Source: Bigelowiella natans CCMP2755 | Lineage: Eukaryota > Protista > Cercozoa | Assembly (NCBI GenBank): GCA_000320545.1 | Contig: ADNK01000136.1 | Span: 62,001-126,000, forward strand | Direction of reading: 5' to 3' | Length of the DNA: 64,000 nt | In this document: piece after piece, positions 37,158 through 51,518 of the stretch | Layout: each line of letters opens with the position of its first letter | How positions within the stretch are numbered: position 1 is the first letter of the stretch | Made by a program: the position numbers and the translations under genes | Notes under the pieces: model-generated | What the model saw: the letters and a program-made list of their open reading frames with translations, nothing else | Database searches by the model: none | Told to the model about the DNA's origin: nothing

Positions 37158-40100
37158 TATATATATAATAATTATAAAATCTTAAACATGTGTGCGTATA
37201 TTTGCGATCTGTGTGTTACTATTATCGTCCTTCTCGTCCTTCTTTCTTCTGTTGTCATCATCATCACCGCGTTGTAGAACTTGAATCTGAAGCTAAGACA
37301 AGGAGGTCAAACATTAGCAGGTGGCAAATCAGAGGTAGTAATCCAAGCAAACCATCATATAAATGTGTGTGTATGTGTGTGTGTGTTGTATGGTGTGATT
37401 AATGAGAGGAAAGAATGAAAATGAAGAATAGTATGTATCGTCGTACTACTTCTTATAAAGGTAATAGCTGCTGTTAAGAATCCTCGGAATACAGCATTCT
37501 CTCGTTCACGGAAAAAGAAGATGATGGCTGCTGCTTCGAAAATGGGATCTTCTTCTTCATCATCCACGTTTAAGTATGTTGCCAAATTTTCTCAAGTTGC
37601 TGTCAAAATTCCAGACTTAGACAGAAATCTGGTAAGCGATATTTCGTATACATCATCTCTTCATTGTTCCAACTCTTCTGCGCCGCCTTGATGGTCTTGA
37701 GCTTCACCTTTTCTTTCCGTGAAATGTTTGTACCACCACCCTATATATAAAGTGTTTGTGTTTGTAAGGTGGTTGTTGCGCATTTTCGTTTTGAGTTATT
37801 ACTGTTGTGATGATTGATTGCTATATGGCTCTAGCCACTGGAAATACAAGTTTGGCAGAAAGGAAATTTTAGAAGTAAGTAGTAACGATTAGCATTATTA
37901 TTATTATTATTATTATTATTCTTTGACCTGTTTGCTAAGAAGTAAGGGACTGGTTTGTAGTAACTAATGAAATACAACAATTGTGCCCGCCAAGAGTTTC
38001 AGCCAATCACTTCTCCTACTGTTGGTATAACTGTTACTAATTGCATTACTACTTTGACCACCACGACAAGGCAAATCTGTGGCTGGTGTGAATGTATGGA
38101 TCAAAGACCTCGTAACACTCTTTAGGAATAATGAATCGGTAAGCAAGCTTTTACTTTGTTCATTTGACTGCTGCAGCAGCCATTTTCTATGTCGCTACTC
38201 GCCACCAATGTGATGATTGATTAATTGATTAATTTATTGATTAATTAGTCGATTGATGGATGATCCTTTAGTAGTGTGTCGGAAGTAGTTGAATAATGAG
38301 TATGTTGTCGGTTCTAACTACTACAAGGCAATCTACGAGATGCACAGAGCTAGTGAAATGGATTCGAACCTTGTCAGTAAAGCGCAGCTCACAAGTAATT
38401 TATTCATTCACACAACAGCAATTGTATTAAAGTGGAGATATATGATGAAATATCGTTGGATGCTGCCATGAAGGAGCACCATCATCATCATCATCATCAT
38501 CATCATTATCATCATCATTATCATAGCCAACAACTCCGACCTTCTTCCTTCTTCAGATGCTGCTTGCTACCACTAGTTTTATGCTATATTCTTTATATTA
38601 CTCATCATCAAAGTTGCCATGGATGACGACATGTTGTCACAAGAAGACATCAAGGAGAAGTAAGAAGAAGAATAGCAAAGTTCATAGAAGAGGAGTAGGA
38701 GGAGCACAGAAGAAGAATAGCAAAGTTCATAGAAGAGGAGTAGGAGGAGCACAAAATTGTCGGTGTTGTTTAGTTACAGAAAGTAGTTGCAGCAGAGCCT
38801 TATGTTGGAGCATGTAGCAGTAATAGTAGCAGTCGTCGTTAGGAGGGAAATGTGCGTATTTTTTTGGGGGGGGGGGAGGGGGGGTGAGAGACGAAGGGTA
38901 TGATGCGAGAGATTGAGTGGATATGGTTCTCTTATCATCAGGGGCGATTTATTGAGCAGTACCCGTAAGCGACAACGGTGCGGAAACAAACCAGAAAACA
39001 AAAGAATGATAATGATGATGCTAATAGATAACATTAGTTATACAACTATAATAAACAACAATCATGATCTAGAATAATACATATATTACACGCAGCAGCA
39101 TTAAAGTTGGATCATCGAATGCTTCTTCCACACGCACCACCACCGCTAGCAGCAAGGGGGGGGGCAAAAACATCTGCTTGGAAATTGAGGCAGTGAGGTT
39201 TGATGTCGTTTTTATTAATGTGTGCATGTTACGAAAACCATGCTGACGACGCGATGATATATTAATTTGTCTTCCTAATGCTCTTTCTTATTCCGTTTTA
39301 TTAGAATTCAGCCCCCATCACGGCGCCATTCTAAGCAAATGTACAAACAGCATAGTTATTTATCAAAAGTCGTCGTCAAGATATGTGGATAACCATCATT
39401 GTTTATTATTATATTTTTGGCATTGTGATCGTCGTTGCCATAATATCGTATTGTTGGTGTTTGATGTGATGTGACTAACAGCAGTGATGATATAGGCGAG
39501 TAGTAGTAATGATATTTGGGAATTATATACTGTCTTGTTCATCTTTATCATTTTTTAGCAAATATTCTAGTGTTATTATTTTGAAATTTGATTTATTCTT
39601 GCAGGAATGAAGAGAGTTATGCTGCACCTTTAGAAGCTAAATCTCTTCGAGGTGTTGCAATGGATGATCTCGGTAGCTTCACTGTTGTTTTTATTTGTTT
39701 TTATTCTTACTGTTTTTACAATAAGAAGTAAGATGCATATGGTGATGATTGCGTGTACCAAAAAGAATTGTTTATACCGACTCCTACCTGGACGGCTATC
39801 TGGCACATCATTGCATTGTTTCATCAGTGGATGGATATAGCAACGCACACACACACACACACACATATTGAATATATATAGTTTTCTTTTCCTTTTTCCT
39901 GTACTCTGATTTGTTTAACTACTCTTGTTTCGTTCAGTGGGTCGTTGGACTAGTTTAGCTGGGGATTACAATTACGTTACAAGAAAGGTCACTGGTGGTG
40001 GTGATGATAATGATAGTGATAACGATGATAGTGATAACGCTAACGATGAGTTAAAGTTTTCTGTTGATTCGAAGATTATTAAAGACGCAGAAGAGTGCCT

Positions 40101-41105
40101 TCAGAGGAAAGAGAGAAAAGACAAAAAATAGAAGAAGAAGAAGAAGAAGAAGAAGAAGAAGAGAAGACGTCTCATGCACGTTTTTGTTTTTTCGCTGGAA
40201 GTGATGAGATGTTGCCAACAGAACATTTTGAGGTTAGGCAAGATACTTGTAATGCCTTTGTCCTCATGATAGTATCTGATTCATGGCATCAGGGTCGGGT
40301 GTTGGATAACTATAAGCATGAATTCGGCCAATTGACCATTGCCGTTAAGAAGGAGGAATACGACGTGGTAATGTTGATGTAGCAGTGTGTTAGATTATTT
40401 CCTAGGTACGCTAGCGGCGATGGTAAAGGGGGGGAGGGGGTTGGAGTTAAAAACTTGTATCTGTTTGATGAGATCAGTTGTACTTGAACGACGACGATGA
40501 TTCTTTCTACAAATAAAATTCCAGGGAATGATAAATCATGATGAAGGAGGGGCATTTTACTTTGCGAGCTTGAAGAATGGACGTTTGTGTTGGTCAGATG
40601 ACGGTAGTAACAACCGAAAATCATCCATAACATGGGGTGATAGACATAAACTAATGATGCAAAAACAACTACAACAACATGTGATGATAAATAATGATGG
40701 GCTGCGTGAGTGATCATGATTTGCTAGATCGGCAGTAAAACTCAGAATGATGACGGAAATCTGATGATGAAAATATGTAGACCAATGGATGGGTCGCAAT
40801 AGAGCTCAGGAAATATGGGATAATGACGACGATGATGATGCTACAAAAGCGGCCACTGTACAAGCAGGTCACCAACATGATATATATTTAACATCCCATA
40901 AATGAACTTCATTTCAAAGGACAAAAATCGGTTTCTCAATCACCTCTTACTGCACAAAAACACATCATTTCAAGAAGTGTATGTGAGGAACTACATACTT
41001 CCACGTATCTAAATAGTTGCATATGTGAATCGTCAGCGACAGGGGATGCTAAGCTGTCTGATAGACGTCGTAGTAGATTTGGCGAAGAGCAAAATGCAAG
41101 AATAA
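35135..41105 (+). CDS. Multi-exon hypothetical protein(s): coiled coil, C2-like beta region, LCWSDDDQW motif
   Basis: GT-AG-bounded exons read MMFNRKYIEELQNSLEEAEVTVATKDEIIKNMLN|ERKSEEQEIERLNEQIL, GKLGMSCKVYNLRGK, PLEIQVWQKGNFR|SKSVAGVNVWIKDLVTLF, GRVLDNYKHEFGQLTIAVKK, FYFASLKNGRLCWSDD|DQW and a last exon GMLSCLIDVVVDLAKSKMQE*. Could be two genes; start uncertain. Confidence 0.5.
38663..38753 (+). repeat. Perfect 45-bp tandem duplication in an intron
   Basis: agaagaagaatagcaaagttcatagaagaggagtaggaggagcac occurs twice (38663 and 38708). Confidence 0.9.
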
Positions 41106-41139
41106 CCAAGATTACGCGGAAAACTGATTCTTTCTATAC

Positions 41140-42300
41140 ATAGCAGTGGTACTGTAGCACGTTACAGGCGATGTCTGTACATGTCATTTTTTGTGCAAAT
41201 CATGTAGACGTCGTATGCACATAGCTAGCTAGATATATGTGGCACTATAGTCTTCCTTCTGTGCTACTATGCTAGTATGCTATACGTTAGCTATTGTAAC
41301 GCTACCAAGTCAGAATCCAACGCTCTATGATAAATGTTAATGATAGACATGCAATTGCTGTGTCTATTATGTTATGCTAGTGTACAAGTCGTTGCTAATA
41401 ACCACTAGACCATACAGTTGTGCATGAATTCATTACATATGCTAGCATGTGCGGCTGGACTGATGACGTATCACAACATTAGACTAGAACTGACGCACGT
41501 GCGATGGCACGTGTTTTTCGTGCACTCACGGACGTACTAGCGGAGCTACAATATCTAGATATGCTGCTGCACATCAATAATATTTTTAGAAGCTTACATG
41601 GCAGCGCACCCGCCTAGCCGCGTAAGCAAGGCGTGCCATGCTAGCTAGAGCATGCGATGCTGCGCTAGCTAGCTAGCACGACAGTTTGCATGCAAGTAGC
41701 AGCATGCGCTTTTTTGACGATCGCAAACCTATCTATATTAGCTGTTCCACATGTGCATGCTACCTAGTTAGCTAGCTACCTACATCCGTCTATAGCTGCA
41801 CGTACTGTGCTCTAGTGCTAGCAGCTAGCTAGCTATACACTGTTCGATCATGCAGCAATTTACGTGCACATCTAGCTAGCTAGCCAGCTAGCTAGATTAG
41901 TGGCACCGAGCTAGCAAGCTATGTTAGCTATAGCTAGTACGTATAGGCTCGACCACTACAACTAGCACAGCATCCATTATCTAGCATAGCTAGATTGTCA
42001 TCTCTAGCTAGCTATAGAGCTTGCTAGCTTGTTGATCTAGTTACTCTAGCTAGCTAGTTAATGATGTCGTCGCAAATTTTTTAATTAGCATCCATGCGTC
42101 TAGACTCCGCCGTACACATCTAGACATGCAACGCACGTGCAGCGACGTCATGATGTGCATGCGGCAGAGCGCATTACTAGAGTAGGTTTCACATGCTCTT
42201 AAGCATCGAGTAGTCTGATGTACATAGATGCTTAGTCAGCATCATATATTTGTTTATTGTGTATCTTTCCTGATGTGCACCAACATGCAGTTCATGCGGA
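41140..42300. other. CTAG/palindromic-tetramer-saturated intergenic island 5 (similar islands at ~25245-26045 and ~33930-34560)
   Basis: About 40 CTAG in 41221-42180 by hand count, often as GCTAGCTAGC, with abundant AGCT, TGCA, CATG, GTAC and ACGT. Confidence 0.85.
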
Positions 42301-42512
42301 CCCAAATTGATCACCACGGAACGTAGAAAGATATGCAAAAAATGCAAACGAGAGATGGCTAATACCGCTGAATCTCACAGGACAGTCAAATATGCTTTGT
42401 CGCTGAGATTGAAGAAATCACCGTTAAGGAGATGTGTTATTTCTGGATATTGATTAATGAATCGTGAGGAAGTACAAATTGGACAGTGTTTATGATATTC
42501 GGTTGCTGCTGC

Positions 42513-43655
42513 TTAGCGTCGAGACCGCATGCTGTTTAAACGAGCACGGATCGATTCTAATCCAGATGTCGACGAAGAAGAAACCCTTATGTACAAAAAT
42601 TAATTAATGAAAAGATACCGATACGAATTCCCAATTAAAAACTTACGTACCCTGCTCCTCCTTCGCGAATGGATTTTTTGACGACGTCTTTTCCAGATAT
42701 ATCTAAAATAAAGTATTATGCGGCTGATATAAAGAAGGTAGTACCATTTTTATAAATAAAAAAACAATGCCATCTGTAATAATACCAGAGCTGCTTTTGA
42801 AAGTGGCCGCTGTTGTTTTATTTTGTTGTGATGGTACATTCTCAGAACCAACGGCTGAGTAGGCCTTATTGTTGTTAAAAGTCGTCACATCACGAGCCTA
42901 GAGAAGTGGTTGCATATAGATAATAATGTATCACGAGAATAAGAGAATTACAGTTGTTGTAGCGAGATCATGTGAATATGTGTACTAATTTCGTACACAT
43001 GCACCACTCATCACCAAAAATCTACCTTTCTTCGCATTTCTGTCAGACGTGAACGAAGAGAAACAATATCCCCTGAAGAGAAGGCAGAGATTATGATAGT
43101 AATGATGATGATGGCGCTGCCTCTGATATTGCAATTCATTTTCTCACCGGGTTACGAAAAGATACTGCTTCTAATTTATTCAATTAGATGATGTCAAGGC
43201 ATCATTAAGCACCCCTCGTCGTCACCATCATCATCATCATCATCATCATCATGGCGTTGATTGATGGCTGTTGACATCATCGGCACAATGAGCAGAAACC
43301 GGAGGACGTATTCAGACATCTTCCTCACCGACGAATAACTGACTCGAGTTGCTATTATTACTTACTTACTTACTACCTGCTTCTCCTCCTCCTCCTCCTC
43401 TATGCTCAGACGGAGTTGCTTGTGGCAGTCCAGATCCCATTAAATTGTTGCTTTCAGCACGTGCGCCCCTCTTAGATTCTCTTCCATCTGCTCTTGGTGG
43501 AGACTACAAATACAACAACAACAATTGTTACAATCAATCAATCAATCAATCAATCAGACAGACAGACGAGAACAAAGACAAGGACAAGAGCAGCTTTAAA
43601 AAAAAAATTCGAACGTTATAGTCAGTTAGATGCGACCTTCGTAAATTTCACATAC

Positions 43656-43693
<38 letters not shown>

Positions 43694-43910
43694 GATTGTT
43701 TTATCATCATGATCATCCTTTGTGTTACATAACCAAAGGCATTGTTGTTGTCGTTGTTGTTTTTCCCACCTTTCCATAGGATAATGCCCCATAGCTGCCA
43801 CCCTTGATTTGTGCAGCCCTTGCCCTAAGACTTCGCAATCTTTCCTGGTATTGTGCTGAGAGCAAACAAATAACATAGTGCAGTGAGAAAGAGTAGTAGT
43901 AGTAATGGTA

Positions 43911-43946
<36 letters not shown>

Positions 43947-44960
43947 GCAGCAGTACCTGCTGTGCTTTGAAACGAAGAACCATTACCAGCAGCAGCAGCA
44001 CCAGCATTGACAACACCATCGTTCTTTCGGTCTTCGATACGCTTGAAACCCCTTAAGAAGGAAAGAGAAATAATCAATAAAGTCAGTCGGCTACACGCAA
44101 TAAATGAACTCCACAAACGATCGACAAAACAATGATGGCTTCTTCATTTTCCCCTTTCTCTCTCTTCTATCTCCTCTAAAAGCATAGTATCATGCACCCA
44201 TACATCATCATCATCATCGTTATTATCATCATGTAATTATGACATAATACTATCCAGCTGCGACGACTGTCAAATCATCTCAACCATGCAATGGCAACAA
44301 CAACAACAACAACAACAACAACCTTGACTAATAACTACTACTGCTATAATTACCTTCGAATCCAAGATTGGAAAGCTTTAGATACCTGTTAAATTTGATT
44401 GATGGTCATGCAACGTACTTATCGGTATTGTTGAATCATAAATTATGAGCACTACATTAAAGATGGAATAAGTAACAAATGATATCATTTACTTGACACT
44501 TCTTCGTAAGCAATTTCACATCATTCTCTCATCATCGCTCCCGCTATTTATTTGTGACTACTCCATTAGTATGTTATTGCAGCTTTCTCTGTATCTGTCT
44601 CTCTGTCTCTTTCTCAGTCGATTAAGTAGTACCATTTTCATGTGTGGGTCAAGATTGTAGTCTGGATTAGCCTTTATAAACTGATAAAGCTCTTCAAGTG
44701 CCGTCTTTACTTGATCGCTCTGTAAACAACCATCATCTATCATCATGAATATAGTAGTTGCATATGTTGTTTATCACACAAGAAATACTTGTTTCATGCC
44801 TTAAAAGGGAGCAAATAAGGAACAAGTACCCTTGCGACTCAGAATGATGGTGGTGAAATTGATGATGATGATGTTGATGACAACTTCTTTTGAAACATAC
44901 GACATGATAATCCATCACCCTCCTCCTTCTCCTACAAGTACTTGGTACTATTACATGCAA

Positions 44961-45004
<44 letters not shown>

Positions 45005-45117
45005 CTCTCTTACTACCTGATGAAGCCTTTTAAATAGAATGGCAACCTGTATTTGCAATTATCGTTTCAGAATTAATTCTTGTTGCCCCCTGTACGAATC
45101 TCTTCTATATGCGCGAG

Positions 45118-45157
<40 letters not shown>

Positions 45158-45956
45158 GACAGACACAGAGACTACTGCAAATATTACTTAGTACTACCTG
45201 TTGTGCTCTGGGATCAGATATCGACTCGGAAGGTAAAATTGCCCTAAGAAATAATAATAATGATAATAACAATACCATCAGAGTAGTAGTACGAGGCACA
45301 AAAGAAGAAGAAGACGAAGAAGCAAAATTAGTAAAGTCCTTCTACCCCTCTTAAAGTTGATGATGGATTGTCTTAAATAAAATTATTTTTATGAGTATAG
45401 TTGTACGTTGTGTGTTGATATGCAAAATTCTCATATTGAAGTCTTTGTTGATGATAATAATCTTGATACACTCCATCGTATTCGTATTCATCAGGTGGAG
45501 GGGGGTGATAAAAAGATGATGATGGTGATGATGATGATAATGTGTAAGGAGGCGGGGCATTTCTACTGCTACCACCACCACCACCATCAAATCTTATAGT
45601 AGTTGACCAATTTAAGATATAATGAAGGTAGGTAGGTAGGAAGGTAGGTAGGTAGATGTGAACAAACAACCAAACAACCCCACGTATTTAATAACCAAAC
45701 AACCAAATATGAGTAATTATAGCAATTTGTGACAAGGGAGGAGGAGAGAGAAGAAGAAGGCTGCTTGAATCACCGATGTAATTATAGGTGGTTTGCTGCT
45801 ACCGCTACTATACTACTAAACTTAGTGATGAGTAAAAGGCAAACCTTAATTGCTTCCTCTCGGGAGTAGAAGACGGCAATGATGATGTTGATGGGAACCT
45901 ATGATAGGGGTGGTACCACTGTCAGAATACTAATCACCCCGCCAAACCTTGAGTGG

Positions 45957-46012
<56 letters not shown>

Positions 46013-48098
46013 ATAATAATATTGGCATAAATAAATAGAGCAGCTCTAGAAAGAAGTAAGTATGTGATACCTAGCCCCAGCTGGCGATGATGTTGTAGTA
46101 CTAGTAGCAGTATTGGTACTTGGTGCTGCTTTGAGAGGAGAGGGGGCCGAAATACCCAAGATTTCCTCAACATAGCGCACTAATACGGCTGCTGACCCCT
46201 TGCCACCAGCAACGCTCAAAGAAAACGTTTGCATCTAAGATACATTAGCAGCAGCAGCATATTGGGAAAAGAAGAAGTTACACCAGAAATAAGAAGGAAT
46301 AACCAATGGCGGAGACTTTCAAATGGAGATTGATAAGTAGGAATCTGGTAAATATCTGGCATTATCATGCTAATATTGATTACCTCCCTGCCCCTCAAAT
46401 TGACAAGTTCTTCAACAAGACGCCGAACCTGTCGTGGGTAGTAGTTGTGTAAAGTAATGTATAAACATATAAACGAAGCGAAGACTATCAAGGAAGAAGA
46501 AGAAGGAGGAGAGGAGGACTCTCCACTAGCTATCAAGAAAGGAAATAATGCACTCATAATAATATAATTGTTGCCGTTGTGGTACATACTGATTTAATGA
46601 AATCGCAAGAACCACCATTCATTCATCGTTTTAAGTGTCGTTACTATTTGTTAGCATAATTGTCGTATGTATTCATCTATCAACGTATGTATATGTATCC
46701 GCTGTGATCATAATCATCATCATAATCATGATGTTATTATCATTAATATATCGATACTACTCTGTGAACTTACTGTTCGTAGTCGGTTATCGTTCTGATC
46801 CTGGTAATAAATAAAAATACAAGTGTAACATTATTGTTAAATCAAACAATCTTTTAAACATATAATATGGCAGGAAACAACTGATTTGACATTGCAACAC
46901 AGTTGTATCTCCTCTTCTTCCTCATTGATTCATTCACAGCAACGACGACGACTACTACTACCTTAAAAGAGTATGGTGGATGCGCCGTAAAGAATTGATG
47001 TAATGACTTAACCTGCGTGGTGATAACAGCAATAGATGATCTTAGCATCGAGCTAAATATAAAAATTACATACGTGTGCACACGCACGACGCATATATCT
47101 AATATGTGTTGCCGTTGTTTTTGTTGTTTAATATAATACTCAGCAGTACGTACCCATCTGATACTACAATGGGGTACTATAACTACAACAACTACTACAA
47201 TCATCGGCATAATAATAATAATTATAAGAATAATAATAATGATAGTAATACCAAATCCCCCAGTTGTATCTCGCCTATGGTCTGGGGCAACACCTAATGC
47301 ACAATTATGGTGTGTGATTCATGATCAAAGAAAGATTGTAAAAAAGGAAGAGGAAGAAAGGCCGCGATGCTATTAATAAATGAATCATTGCAGCAGCATA
47401 TACACTTTAATTATAACTAAGTAACCTTGGTGAGTTTCAACAAGCATTTAACAACCAAATCCGGAAATTGTCCTAATGTAGCAGAGGATGATAGTCTTCG
47501 TTAGTGGAGGGAGCCAACATCCTTTTCAATGATTCCAGTTGGTTGGATTTGGAAGAACAATGCATTTTCACTGATACTAATTACTACTGCTGCTGCTTTA
47601 CTACCTGTGTCCCCATCACTGACAGTCTCCGACAGCAAATCGAGGAGACACCTTGTTAGAGCAGTAGCCAACAACAACATAGAGTCTTAGGTACCCAATG
47701 ATACAACTTTATGTGAATTTATCAGCATTTACTACTACTACTATTACTACTACAAAATTGTTAGCATGGGACCCGAAAGCGTTTGTCCTCTGTGCATTCT
47801 CAAGGACTTTTAAGGTCAACACGTTGAGAGCCTTCATTACTTTGTCCCCATTTTCGATGGAACGTAACGACTAAACAGCAGCAGCAGCAGCAGCAAATCA
47901 TGATAATGCTGCTGATGATGATAATGATGGTGTGGTAGTAGGACATTCTATATATTTGATGGAATCTGTCTTTCAACTTCATAAATATGATCGACGCTTC
48001 TTAATCAGGAAATTAGGCGAAAAACACATATCTAAACAGTTGAAGAGCACCTCATCCAGCAGTGTCGCCAGCAAACCTCTGGTGAGATTCTGGGAAAT

Positions 48099-48138
<40 letters not shown>

Positions 48139-48176
48139 TTTTTAGATGAATTCTTTTCTTCCTGCAATGTAGAGAA

Positions 48177-48231
<55 letters not shown>

Positions 48232-49111
48232 CTGTAACAAACACTCGTGAAATACCTCACCTTCAATGTATCATAGCTCACTGCAGCTGCAAAATCAAGG
48301 TTTTGCCAAAACTCCATCAGTGTATTCAGAGCGTACCTTTTAGTCAGTAAGAACATTATTTTATTAGAGAAGGCTGTGTTTTTTTTGGGGGGAAATGCAA
48401 TTATTTAAGAATGTTGAAGACGATACGAAACAAGAGTTGATAGATGTTCAAAACTCAAAATTACTTGCAAAGGCGCATTTGGTATGGACTGGCAATCTAA
48501 TGATGAAGCAACATATAACAAATGTTATTATCTGAACGTGCTCGCCTTCAAAGGCAACACAACAACAATAACAACACAGAGAATGTAGCTGCTGTTTTGG
48601 CTCATTATTATTATTATTATCATCATCATCATCATTCCCTCATTTATATTAAGTCAAAGTACATCACTACGTACATGACTATATGATGGCATAAATGTAT
48701 AGCGATTCTATTGATGTATGCTGCTACAATTGTCGACGAATGTGAGTTGACGACGTGTTAGAACACTCAGCAGCAGCAGCATCATCATCAAAATTTCAAT
48801 GCAAGAGAAGCATACATTTACTATATATTTAACAATAATAGTACCTGACGTGCGACTTTCTCAACAAGCGTATCGACATCGTTAGCATAAACCTTAAGAC
48901 GGTCATCCAACGATGGAACATTTGGTCAATATTAAGGGAAAAAAAATGAGGGAGACGGGAGAGGAACAGGGAGAGTAAAGTAGGACAAAAAGGAGGAGCC
49001 AAATGCTGCAGTATTCACGTTTATATGGTGGTGTACACTTAATATTATTATGCACTATCCTGCTTTGTGACGTAGCAGCAGCAGCAGCAGCTGGAGTGTT
49101 GTATTACAAGT

Positions 49112-49146
<35 letters not shown>

Positions 49147-50326
49147 TTTGTTCTTGAGGTAGTACCATAGCGCCTTGTTCCTGAACCTTAATCCAGATTT
49201 TGCGTAGCGCTTCAACCCTTTGATCAACTCCCTCTGCATCCAACCCAACCACATCTGGATTGCTGCGGCTGCTGTTACTGCCGTCACGATAATAATGTTC
49301 CTATCCACAGCAGGTAGTTAAGTAGTTACTTACCACACTTTTCGTTAAATAATAATAATGAGGGGAAGAGAGGAGCCATCATCCTTATCACATAATGTCG
49401 GTGTAAGTCTCTTGTCGTCATAGTGTGGTTCAAAACCAATGATATCAAGAATGACAACGGAAAGTACGGCAAGCTATAAATTGACGGCTCTCACCATCAT
49501 CACCTTATGCAACATCTACTTCTACTACTACTACTACTACTACTACTTAGTAGTACCTGATTGGAAGCAGCATAGGGCATCATCATATGACTACTGCTAC
49601 TACTACTGGTGCCACCTGCACCATGTTTATGATTATGATCATGATCATGATGATGCTACGGTAAGCACAATAAAACGACAACGAATAACTCCTAAACAAT
49701 CACTAAAATTACTTTTATCACTATTAGTACCAATTCCTAACGTAGTCGAACTCGCCGTCGTCAACCCTCCGTGAGAACCCGCTCCTGGTCCTCCTGAAAA
49801 TAATGATGATGATGATGATGTCCGTGTGTTCTGCATTGTAATTGTTGTTGTTTGCATATTGTTCATTTATTTATAGTGATAGTAATTGTGATAGTGTGTG
49901 TGTATGCGTGTATGTGTGATAAATTGTCATAGCAACTATCAATTGAGTGAATATAATGAATACACGTTGCAGAAATACTAAGATATGGTGAGGAGGAGGA
50001 GTAGGAGGTAAAAATTTTGTATGTGCTTATGCTTGATGAAAGTTTCGGTGATGTTTGTCAATGATGATTGTTGTTTACGACATCATAACCTGCTCCTCCC
50101 CCGAGAGTAAAATCACCCAAAGTAAACGCATTTGTAGGAAGACCAAAAGTTTTCATATCAATTGAATTCACTCCAGCTTTTTCTTCGGAGCGATATTGTG
50201 TCTCTGCTGCATGTTGACTTGTTGCAGCATCTTCCACGTTTACAGCGGACCTAAATTTAAAACAAAAATGTTGTTCAATCTTTTTGGTAATTGCTCACAT
50301 TGCCACGAAATCTCTCTCTTATCAAT

Positions 50327-50363
<37 letters not shown>

Positions 50364-50581
50364 CCCCTTTTCATCACCATAATCATAATCATACTCATCA
50401 TCATCAAACCTTCATTAATTACCATGGTTGACATAAGATAAATAAATTATATCCAACCAAGATATATCCAGATAAAAGTAAGATTATGCTATGCACTCAA
50501 ATAATAACATAGCTCCAAAAAACACCATACCACCTCGACAACAACAAAAACGGCTGTTTTGACTACTAGAGTAAAATGATC

Positions 50582-50617
<36 letters not shown>

Positions 50618-50798
50618 CGCTTAATCACAGATGATGCATTCCAGTTTATATATATTCTGGTCAATCCCCACTCCTCCTCCTCTGCTGTTGCAAGTAGAAC
50701 TTACCCAGACAACTTGCCTCCTTTTCCAGTCACTGGCACTGCGTAGTCCTGTGTGTCCTTTGATTCTTGAGGAATCTTCTATTAACAACAACCACATC

Positions 50799-50837
<39 letters not shown>

Positions 50838-51450
50838 AAAGACAGCGAGAAGGGAGAAAGAAAGAATTAGAGAAAAGTAAGAGCAAGTATGTTATTCTGA
50901 CTGGTTTTGGCAGAGGCTTGATGCGCTTGAGTCTTTCTGTGATCATGGTCACATTTTTCTTCGCCAATTTACAGTTGGAACCTAAAGTCAGAGAATAATG
51001 GATGGATGGATGGATGGATGAATGGATGGTAGTAGTAGTAGTAGCAGTAACTAGTAACCACCTCTTCCACCGAAATATTTCCAAACTTTGTCTTTGTCGC
51101 AATTTACAGCCCGATACACATTTGCAATGGCAACCAGAGCAGCTTCCCTGGTGGTGTTAAGACAAACAAACAGACAGTCACGTACATTGTATAATACGTT
51201 AGCAGTCAGTTTCAAGGGTGTTATGGGGTGGGATGGCAGGCCAACGGAACCACCGACCAAACATTTATCAGATATCATCCTTCTTTTTCTCAAAATACCT
51301 TAGCTGTTTGTCAGAAGTGCCAACACATTTCCCCATCATCATTATAGTCTTCTTCGGCGTTGATGAGACTGAGAAGAGGCGATGATGGCAATCAGAAACA
51401 AAGAAATTCAGGGATATTTTATCCAGTTAATCAGCATGATAGTTACTTTT

Positions 51451-51518
<68 letters not shown>

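Noticed and set aside
38663-38753. CRISPR-like or functional array
   Set aside because: Only two adjacent copies with no spacer, in a eukaryotic intron; a simple tandem duplication.
40085-40201. Apparent stop or frameshift before the (GAA)n poly-Glu run
   Set aside because: A canonical GT-AG intron (GAAGA|GTGCC..GGAAG|TGAT) removes it and restores the frame.
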